Below are positions 17,507 to 23,153 of a stretch of 24,078 nucleotides of DNA, one piece after another (the first letter of the stretch is position 1; each line of letters starts with the position of its first letter). This DNA comes from an uncultured Acidimicrobiaceae bacterium (GTDB lineage Bacteria; Actinomycetota; Acidimicrobiia; Spongiisociales; UBA5794), in the NCBI GenBank assembly GCA_947258375.1, contig CAMYIJ010000056.1, forward strand, positions 1 through 24,078. The letters run 5' to 3'. The notes below the pieces were generated by a model. The model searched no databases and was not told the DNA's origin. It worked only from the letters and a program-made list of their open reading frames with translations. Both the position numbers and the translations under genes were made by a program.

Positions 17507-17557
17507 GCCAGGACTCCACGATTCTGTCAGCGACGCCAGATACGTTGGAGTCCTGGC
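17507..17557. repeat. 12-bp perfect inverted repeat GCCAGGACTCCA-N27-TGGAGTCCTGGC in the divergent intergenic region
   Basis: Read directly: 17507-17518 and 17546-17557. It lies about 60 nt upstream of vapB and about 355 nt upstream of the BNR gene start on the other strand. Confidence 0.6.
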
Positions 17558-17580
17558 TCGAGAACTTGTCCCCCTTCTAA

Positions 17581-17609
17581 GTGTATGAGGTGTATAGATG
17601 GTGTACACT
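17581..17609 (+). promoter_or_regulatory. candidate vapBC promoter/operator: three GTGTA(T/C) direct repeats and a TACACT -10-like hexamer 6 nt before the vapB ATG
   Basis: GTGTAT 17581-17586, GTGTAT 17590-17595, GTGTAC 17601-17606 (part of palindrome GTGTACAC). TACACT (17604-17609) fits TANNNT. No SD precedes ATG 17616, so a leaderless or near-leaderless transcript is plausible. Confidence 0.35.
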
Positions 17610-17615
17610 GACGAT

Positions 17616-17810
17616 ATGGCACGAACCAATATCGAAATCGACGAGGAACTGGTTGGCCGTGTGATGAGACGGCTCGGCGTCCACACCAAGAAGGAAGCCG
17701 TCGACCTCGCGCTACGGCACCTCGCGGGCCAGCCGATGACCATCGACGAAGCCCTGGAGATGCGGGGGGCCCACGCCATCGACGCGCCGCCGCCCGACAG
17801 CGCCCCGTGA
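17616..17810 (+). CDS. vapB: type II antitoxin VapB (DUF2191-like)
   Basis: MARTNIEIDEELVGRVMRRLGVHTKKEAVDLALRHL is the typical N-terminus of this antitoxin family. Its stop overlaps the vapC GTG (GTGA at 17807-17810). The ORF track start at 17598 adds 6 residues and is less likely. Confidence 0.8.
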   Translation: MARTNIEIDEELVGRVMRRLGVHTKKEAVDLALRHLAGQPMTIDEALEMRGAHAIDAPPPDSAP

Positions 17811-18211
17811 TCCTCGTCGACACGTCGGCGTGGGTTGAGTACGACCGTGCCACGGGATCGAGTGTCGACACCGCCCTCACCGGACTGATCCGTGATGGAG
17901 GCGACGAGCTGGCCGTCAGTGAACCAGTCCTGATGGAGATTCTGGCGGGCGCCGCCGACGAGAACCGGGCGCACCAGCTCCGCCGGCTTCTCACATCCTT
18001 CGGCTGGGTCCAGGTTGATCCCGTCGCCGATTTCGAAGGCGCCTCCAGGATCTACAGAAGCTGTCGAAGCGCCGGGATCACTCCCCGCGGCCTCATCGAC
18101 TGCATGATCGCCAACGTCGCCATCCGCGGCGGCCACCAACTGCTGACCGCCGATCGCGACTTCCATGCCATGGCAACCGTCGTGCCGCTCCGCCTGGCTC
18201 CGGTCGAGTAA
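17807..18211 (+). CDS. vapC: PIN-domain ribonuclease toxin VapC
   Basis: 134 aa. ILVDTSAWVEY (first acidic residue), EPVLMEIL, LIDCMIA and LLTADRDF match the four PIN acidic positions. Coupled to vapB. Confidence 0.85.
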   Translation: MILVDTSAWVEYDRATGSSVDTALTGLIRDGGDELAVSEPVLMEILAGAADENRAHQLRRLLTSFGWVQVDPVADFEGASRIYRSCRSAGITPRGLIDCMIANVAIRGGHQLLTADRDFHAMATVVPLRLAPVE

Positions 18212-18357
18212 CGCGACTGACGGACCAGCCCGCTGCGTTTCGCACCAAGCAACATCCCTGCGTCAGCCGGAGCGCGGCGTAACGCCCGAAACGTGCGAAG
18301 CGACTGCGCGCCACTCGCTATCGACCTTCATGAACGCGTTGGAACTCGAAACAGTCT

Positions 18358-18714
18358 TCACGCGATCTTGCGTTCCTCGCGGATCTCGGCGAGCACCTCG
18401 GCGGACACCGCGGCGGCGATTTCCTCGGGCTCGGTGTAGAGCGGGCCGAACGTGTAGCCGCCATCGGGTGTCCGCTGCACCGTCGGTCGGCCAAAGGCGA
18501 CTCCGTAGCGCGGGATTGGCGACCTCACGTGCAGCCGGCCCCGACGCCAGGCCAGCGTCACCAACAGTCGGGTTACGTGCCGCTTCAGCGCAAGCAACTC
18601 CTGCTGCTCATCACCCATCGGTCGGGTCCATGTTGAGCGAAGCCCGCGTTTCACGACGCGGATTCGATCCTCGGCATCGCGGATCAGAGTTCGTAGGGTT
18701 TCGGTTTCATTCAT
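18358..18714 (-). CDS. hypothetical protein (118 aa), translationally coupled to the PTH2-like ORF
   Basis: ATG 18714 lies 8 nt inside the end of the upstream ORF (ATGAATGA). I recognise no motif. N-terminal half is Arg-rich and helical-looking, C-terminal half is Pro/Gly-containing. Confidence 0.6.
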   Translation of the reverse strand: MNETETLRTLIRDAEDRIRVVKRGLRSTWTRPMGDEQQELLALKRHVTRLLVTLAWRRGRLHVRSPIPRYGVAFGRPTVQRTPDGGYTFGPLYTEPEEIAAAVSAEVLAEIREERKIA

Positions 18715-19021
18715 CAGTTGCTCCTTTCAGCAACGGGAGATGACCAACGGCGCGTTTGAGCCGCCGATCAGCTCGGTGAGCGGGTTCGATGCCGATAGCC
18801 ATGGCGGCACCCAGATACGGGGCGTCGGGCTCTCGGATCAAGCGAAATGGGAGGTCACGAAGCTCGAGGCGTTCGGCTACAGCCAGGAGGGATGCCTCAT
18901 CGGGGACGGCAAGCACAACGGCGTGGGTACCGGATGGGATACCGCCGTCCGGCGCAGATTCGCCGGCGGCGTGAACGAGCTGGGCAGCGGCTATGCCGAC
19001 CGGGAGGTCGGAGCGCACCAC
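18707..19021 (-). CDS. PTH2-family (archaeal/eukaryotic-type) peptidyl-tRNA hydrolase-like protein, short form (~104 aa)
   Basis: VVRSDLPVGIAAAQLVHAA ... HAVVLAVPDEASLLAVAERLE..LPFRLIREPDAPYLGAAMAIGIEP...VGHLPLL parallels the PTH2 pattern (VVRxDLxMGxGKxAAQxxHAA ... KVVxxxxxEexLxxLxxxA...L....I.DAG.T.....T.LGIGP...v..vtG.LkLl). The 165-aa ORF in the track runs on through the tRNA-like gene and repeats. I place the start at GTG 19021 (or 19018), 23 nt after the tRNA-like 3' end. No SD is visible. Confidence 0.7.
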   Translation of the reverse strand: MVRSDLPVGIAAAQLVHAAGESAPDGGIPSGTHAVVLAVPDEASLLAVAERLELRDLPFRLIREPDAPYLGAAMAIGIEPAHRADRRLKRAVGHLPLLKGATDE

Positions 19022-19044
19022 GCAGCAGTGGATCAGATGATTCG

Positions 19045-19119
19045 TTGCGGGGGCAGGATTCGAACCTGCGATCTCCTGGAGGCTATCCAGGCGTAGATGA
19101 CCACTTCTACTACCCCGCT
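19045..19119 (-). tRNA. noncanonical tRNA-like gene (75 nt cloverleaf; anticodon loop AUAGCCU, nominal anticodon AGC; A1.A72 mismatch; no encoded CCA)
   Basis: Minus-strand sequence AGCGGGG UA GUAG AAGUGGUCAU CUAC G CCUGG AUAGCCU CCAGG AGAUC GCAGG UUCGAAU CCUGC CCCCGCA A. It folds by hand into acceptor (6 bp plus 1.72 mismatch), D arm (4 bp; U8, A14, G18G19 present), anticodon arm (5 bp) and T arm (5 bp, canonical UUCGAAU loop). Anomalies: C at position 37, A34, A15.C48, no G3.U70. Confidence 0.65.
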
Positions 19120-19134
19120 GTGAGGTTCCGGGCA

Positions 19135-19179
19135 CAGAGGCTCTGGGTACAGAGGCTCTGGGTACAGAGGCTCTGGGTA
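19135..19179. repeat. three perfect tandem 15-bp repeats (CAGAGGCTCTGGGTA x3), each containing the palindrome CAGAG-G-CTCTG
   Basis: Units at 19135-19149, 19150-19164 and 19165-19179, with partial matches on both flanks (19133-19181). They lie 16-60 nt upstream of the tRNA-like 5' end on the minus strand, downstream of the predicted promoter. Confidence 0.9.
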
Positions 19180-19283
19180 CAAGAGAACCCGGAGCGCGCT
19201 GCACCCGGGTTGAAGATTCGATCTCGGTTGGAAGGCTGTTTGGCGGTTTAGCCCAGCACCTACTTTGTGTTGTCTACCGTGAC

Positions 19284-19312
19284 ATTATGTGGGAAGACGC
19301 TGTGAAGGTCAA
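19284..19312 (-). promoter_or_regulatory. near-consensus housekeeping-sigma promoter TTGACC-N17-CATAAT reading toward the repeats, tRNA-like gene and PTH2 ORF
   Basis: On the minus strand: TTGACC = 19312-19307, a 17-nt spacer, CATAAT = 19289-19284. The predicted TSS is near 19277, about 158 nt upstream of the tRNA-like 5' end. Confidence 0.5.
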
Positions 19313-19352
19313 GCAGGGCCCCGTCTTGCTCCCGTCTTGGTCCAGAACACCC

Positions 19353-20165
19353 TCACGCACGAGCGTTGACGATCTCCACGGACTCAGCTCCCGGCGGTTC
19401 CGGGTCCTCACCGGCGCGAATGGCCGCTGCGATCTCGTCGATAGCCGCCTTGCTCTCGCCCCACCCGGCGACTCGCCAGGAGTGAAGCCGATAGCCATCG
19501 GCTTCCTCCATCTCCACGATCCACGGCCGGCCGCTCAGCGCCCGATACAGGATGGTCACGCCAAAGACGATCCAGAAGGCCACGTATTGCACCAGGAACA
19601 CCAACGATGGAATCAGCACGAACACCACAAACAGCGCCACAGCGATCACCGCGGCAACAATGGCCACCCACTTGAGGATCTTGAGGAGCGCCGCCAGAGC
19701 CGCGCCGATTGCGCCGCCCCCACCTCCGCCACCGCCCCGCTTGCCGCCACCTGATGAACCACGTTTTCCTCCGCCGGACGAGCCCCGGCTGCCGCCTCCG
19801 GAGCTCCGACCACCGCCGCTTCCCCCACCGCCGCCGCCCAAGCCGCCCCAGCCACCCCAGCTACCGCTCCAACCGCCGCGCAAACCACCGATCGAACCGC
19901 CGCCCGAACCACCGCTCGAACTGCGACGCCGCTTCTTCCGCTTCGGTGGCTTCTTGTTTCGCGAGTTGTATCTCACAACGGGTGGCGTTGGCGGCTGCGT
20001 CGGGGCCGGCTTGCGCTCGACTGCCGGCTTCACCGGTGGCTCGTAATCGGGCTCGCTCTTGTCGACACCGAAACGGAATCCGAAATAGCGCGGCCGGTGC
20101 AGGAGCCAACGCCTGCCTACGATCCACTTGGTGCCGTCCGGAGATGTCACCCGGCGCTTCTGCAC
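19353..20165 (-). CDS. hypothetical membrane protein with extreme Gly-rich/basic low-complexity region
   Basis: 270 aa. GTG 20165 is preceded by GGAGGG with a 4-nt spacer. The protein has an N-terminal SPDGTKWIVGRRW module, a Pro-rich stretch, KKPPKRKKRRR, ~80 aa of Gly/Ser/Arg/Lys repeats (GGGKRGSSGGGKRGGGGGGGG), two to three TM helices, and a C-terminal RPWIVEMEEADGYRLHSWRVAGW module. Confidence 0.7.
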   Translation of the reverse strand: MQKRRVTSPDGTKWIVGRRWLLHRPRYFGFRFGVDKSEPDYEPPVKPAVERKPAPTQPPTPPVVRYNSRNKKPPKRKKRRRSSSGGSGGGSIGGLRGGWSGSWGGWGGLGGGGGGSGGGRSSGGGSRGSSGGGKRGSSGGGKRGGGGGGGGAIGAALAALLKILKWVAIVAAVIAVALFVVFVLIPSLVFLVQYVAFWIVFGVTILYRALSGRPWIVEMEEADGYRLHSWRVAGWGESKAAIDEIAAAIRAGEDPEPPGAESVEIVNARA

Positions 20166-20240
20166 ATCACCCTCCGCCCGCTGTCATGGCCTGTTGTAGC
20201 ATCTTTGTGGCCGCCGGAGATCACTATCGCGAGGAGGGCT

Positions 20241-21047
20241 ATGCGGGCTGGACACCGTCTCGCCACGATCACCAGCGTCGTGGTGGCGCTCAACCTGGTC
20301 CTCGCTACGGCGACGATGGCCCAGGTCACACCGGATGATGTGGTCGCCGGCCTCGACGCGGGCGTCTATATCCAGGCTGGTGCGGAGTCGGTTGACGTCG
20401 ACCGGCTCGCCACCGTGAGGGCCGCAGCGGCGACCGAGGACATCGACCTCCATGTCATTGTTCTCGCCGACTCTGTCGACGCCGTGTCCTTCGCCCAGAC
20501 ACTCAACGACCGGATCCCCGGAACCATCCTCGTATTCACTCCCGATGAATACGGCGCCTCGAGCAGCGATCTCGGCCAGGGACGGATGGACGACGCGCTC
20601 GACGATGCATCCGACGAGCTGGCAGGCGACGACATCGTTGCCGGCGCCTCCGCATTTGTCGCTGCGGCCACGCCGACGAGCCGGCCATGGGCCCTTCTGA
20701 TCGCTGCCGGCCTTCTGCTGCTGGTCGTCGTGGCGGTCGTCGGCCGCAGGGTCGAACGGAGGGCAAGCGCCGGGCGTCGTGCTGCGGCACTGGCCGGGCG
20801 ATGGGCAGAGCTCCAGCAAAGGGCCGATGCCATGTCGGACCCGGTTCTCGAATTGTCAACACGAGTCGAGATCGACGGACGTCCCGAGATCGCCGATCGG
20901 TACCGGGCGGCTGCTTCGCGCTACGGCGAATTGACCGACGAGCTCGCCCGGAGCCCTGAGGCGAGCAGAGTGGATGGCCTCGACCAAAGCCTCGCCGAGG
21001 TCGAGCGGGAGCTCGCAGCGCTGCGGTCGGAGGCCACGACGTCGTGA
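20241..21047 (+). CDS. hypothetical bitopic membrane protein (signal/anchor, TPM-like extracytoplasmic domain by eye, TM, helical cytoplasmic tail)
   Basis: ATG 20241 is preceded by GAGGAGGG. Hydrophobic N-terminus ATITSVVVALNLVLATA, a second TM WALLIAAGLLLLVVVAVVG, then an Arg/Ala/Glu-rich helical tail. The ORF track start at 20097 overlaps the divergent gene and is unlikely. Confidence 0.65.
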   Translation: MRAGHRLATITSVVVALNLVLATATMAQVTPDDVVAGLDAGVYIQAGAESVDVDRLATVRAAAATEDIDLHVIVLADSVDAVSFAQTLNDRIPGTILVFTPDEYGASSSDLGQGRMDDALDDASDELAGDDIVAGASAFVAAATPTSRPWALLIAAGLLLLVVVAVVGRRVERRASAGRRAAALAGRWAELQQRADAMSDPVLELSTRVEIDGRPEIADRYRAAASRYGELTDELARSPEASRVDGLDQSLAEVERELAALRSEATTS

Positions 21048-21823
21048 CCCAGGAGTTCCTCACCCGCCAGCAGCGCGAGCAGCGGGCCGCCGATGAGGTG
21101 GCTGAGCAGCTCGACGCCCTCAGCCGGCCGATGGCCGAGCGGGTGCTGGGGCGCGCTATCGAGCTGGACTCCGACGCTCGAGCCGCTGCGGAAGCCGCCG
21201 CCGACACGATTGACTACGACATGCTGCGCGACGTCGCCCTCGAGGTCGGTATCTCGGAGGAGGCGTTGAAGAAGGCGCTCCTCGAGGAGCTCGACACCGA
21301 AAAGGACCACGACGCCCGGCCGGTGGAGCGAGCAACGGTCCCCGACGTCGTACGCGGCGGCATGATCGTCTCCGGTTTTGCTGAGGAAGTTGCCCAGCGT
21401 CTGCGCGACTACCTCGAACGGGTCGAGGGTCTCGAGCAACGCCGCCAAAGTGGCCCAATGTCCGAGTGGGCGCCGCCCCGCCTCCAAGACGCCCGGCCGG
21501 CACAGACGTGGACCGTTACGCAGCACCGCAAGGACCGCCAACTCGTCGAGATCGACCTGACGACCGCCGGTGCCCGTAAGAAGTTCTGGCGCTGGATGAT
21601 GACGCTCGTCGTCATCAGTTTCATCTTCGGCACCCCGCTTGGTGGGCTCATCGGGCTCGGGATCTTCATCGCCGGCGTCGTGGCGGTGGTCGGCTGGATC
21701 AAGCGGATCGGTCGCAAGGCCCGGCACAGCGTGAACCGGGCCCTCAGCGCTATCGCCGACGACGGCACCTCCGACGAGCCGAACAGCTGGCTCGAAGTAT
21801 GGGAGCGACTGCAGCAACGGTGA
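21044..21823 (+). CDS. hypothetical protein with C-terminal double TM segment, coupled to the previous gene
   Basis: The GTG start overlaps the upstream stop (GTGA, 21044-21047). Acidic/helical N-terminal ~170 aa, then WRWMMTLVVISFIFGTPLGGLIGLGIFIAGVVAVVGW. Confidence 0.6.
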   Translation: MTQEFLTRQQREQRAADEVAEQLDALSRPMAERVLGRAIELDSDARAAAEAAADTIDYDMLRDVALEVGISEEALKKALLEELDTEKDHDARPVERATVPDVVRGGMIVSGFAEEVAQRLRDYLERVEGLEQRRQSGPMSEWAPPRLQDARPAQTWTVTQHRKDRQLVEIDLTTAGARKKFWRWMMTLVVISFIFGTPLGGLIGLGIFIAGVVAVVGWIKRIGRKARHSVNRALSAIADDGTSDEPNSWLEVWERLQQR

Positions 21824-21867
21824 CACCGGTTCCCGGCACGGGCGCCGCGTGTCGTGACCGGCCAGAG

Positions 21868-22785
21868 TCAAGCGGAGCGCTTGTAGGCGCCGGGACGCAT
21901 GCCCATGACGCGGAGAAAGGCGTTACTGAACGCCGCCTCCGTCTTGTACCCGACTCGGCGCCCTGCGGCTGCCGCCGAGGCGCCCTGTTCGCGAAGCAGC
22001 CGGGTGGCGATGTGGATGCGCCAGCGAGTGAGGTACCCGGCGGGAGTTTCTCCAACGGCATGCCGGAAGCGAGCGAAGAATGCGGACCGAGACAGGCCCG
22101 CCGCCCGAGCCAGCTCGTCGGCCGTCCATTGCCGGGTGGGGTCGGCGTGAATCAGGCCCAACGCGTCAGCGATCGCCTCATCGGCCAACGCGCCTAGCCA
22201 TCCACCCTCACCGGCGCCGAGACTGTTGATGTAGCTGCGCAGGATGTAGATAGTGAGCACGTCGGTGAGGCGAGCGACCACTGCATCGGTGCCGGCGACG
22301 GGCCGATCGACTTCGTTCGCAATGAGCGCAATCAGCGACTCGACCACATTTCCGATGCGACCGTCTTCGTCTCCGACGTGAATCATCGGAGGCAAGCTCG
22401 AGAACACCGGATGAGCCTCCGCCCGATCGTAGGTGACGCGCCCGCAAATCAGCGACGTGGCTGCTCCCCCTCCATCAACTACCAGGCGGCCCATTCCGCG
22501 TTCGTCGACGCTCGTCAGAAGACCGATCGGCTTGGTGGGTGTCATGGCCGTGTCAGTCATCAGATGATTGCTGCCGAAGGGGAAGAAGACGATGTCTCCG
22601 CGGTCTAGCACCACCGGATCGCCTCCGTCGGCCAGGCGGACCCAAGCCCTGCCCCGAACCACGGCATGGAAGATGCCGCTCTCCAGCTTGCCCGATTCGA
22701 CTCCCCACGGGGCCGTGAGGGCCGCGCGAGAGAACACGGAGCCGGTCATGCGAACCGAGCGCAGTATGTCTGTGAGTGCATCCAT
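21868..22785 (-). CDS. AraC family transcriptional regulator with N-terminal cupin-type sensor domain
   Basis: N-terminus MDALTDILRSVRMTGSVFSRAALTAPWGV...FHAVVRGRAWV is cupin_6/AraC-like. C-terminal double HTH: WTADELARAAGLSRSAFFARFRHAVGETPAGYLTRWRIHIATRLL....VGYKTEAAFSNAFLRVMGMRPGAYKR. Confidence 0.9.
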   Translation of the reverse strand: MDALTDILRSVRMTGSVFSRAALTAPWGVESGKLESGIFHAVVRGRAWVRLADGGDPVVLDRGDIVFFPFGSNHLMTDTAMTPTKPIGLLTSVDERGMGRLVVDGGGAATSLICGRVTYDRAEAHPVFSSLPPMIHVGDEDGRIGNVVESLIALIANEVDRPVAGTDAVVARLTDVLTIYILRSYINSLGAGEGGWLGALADEAIADALGLIHADPTRQWTADELARAAGLSRSAFFARFRHAVGETPAGYLTRWRIHIATRLLREQGASAAAAGRRVGYKTEAAFSNAFLRVMGMRPGAYKRSA

Positions 22786-22893
22786 GAAATCAATGCTTGG
22801 ACGATTTGATAAGAAGAGTGGATCTATTGCTATTCACACATCCCTAGTGCCAGATTACGTTACGAACCAACACAACGTCAAGAGGAGGCGATC

Positions 22894-23145
22894 ATGTCAA
22901 ACGTATGGGTGCCGACGGTGGCCAACTTCTTCCTGCCCGGCCTGGGCTACCTCATTGCCGGGATCAAGCGACCTCTAGCCGTACTCTGGTTGGTTGGTGT
23001 CATCGGGCTCACCTACGTCGAGTTCGGAATCCGCGACCCGGAGCCCACCCTCTACGGGATCATGTTTGCCAGCGTCCTGGTGATGAACATCGCCTTCGCT
23101 GTGGACGTGTACCAGCAGGTACGCCAAGGCGAGCCGGCCGGATAG
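22894..23145 (+). CDS. small membrane protein (83 aa, 2-3 TM), divergent from the AraC gene
   Basis: ATG is preceded by AGAGGAGG with a 6-nt spacer. Hydrophobic segments FFLPGLGYLIAGI, LAVLWLVGVIGL and IMFASVLVMNIAFAV. Confidence 0.65.
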   Translation: MSNVWVPTVANFFLPGLGYLIAGIKRPLAVLWLVGVIGLTYVEFGIRDPEPTLYGIMFASVLVMNIAFAVDVYQQVRQGEPAG

Positions 23146-23153
23146 CCGACAGG

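Noticed and set aside
18212-18357. Possible terminator or sRNA structure between convergent vapC and the 118-aa ORF (CTGACG...CGTCAG, the GGCGTAACGCC palindrome, and an imperfect CGTTTCGCAC/GTGCGAAGCG pairing)
   Set aside because: The stems are short or mismatched with very long loops, and none forms a convincing hairpin by hand folding.
19045-19119. tRNA-like gene as an attB/attL site of an integrated mobile element
   Set aside because: The window contains no integrase, excisionase or transposase, and I found no convincing second copy of the tRNA 3' half. The GATTCGATCTCGG at 19214-19226 shares only short pieces with the T-arm region. An element extending beyond what I can recognise cannot be excluded.
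19133-19181. Possible CRISPR array or minisatellite
   Set aside because: The units are directly abutting 15-mers with no spacers, far shorter than CRISPR repeats, and no cas genes are present. They are better explained as tandem operator-like palindromes.
18707-19204. 165-aa ORF in the track extending the PTH2-like protein N-terminally (MQRAPGSLVPRASVPRASVPRASVPG...RLDSLQEIAGSNPAPATN)
   Set aside because: The extension is translated straight through the three 15-bp repeats (giving PRASV x3) and through the T-arm of the tRNA-like gene (the SNPAP-type peptide is the classic signature of a translated tRNA). PTH2 homology only begins at VVRSDL, so I truncated the CDS to GTG 19021.
19690-19930. 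GC-rich simple-sequence repeat (GGC/GCC/CCG runs) as a non-coding repeat element
   Set aside because: It lies inside a continuous 270-aa frame with a good RBS, flanked by non-repetitive hydrophobic and globular-looking segments. It is better explained as a coding Gly-rich low-complexity region.
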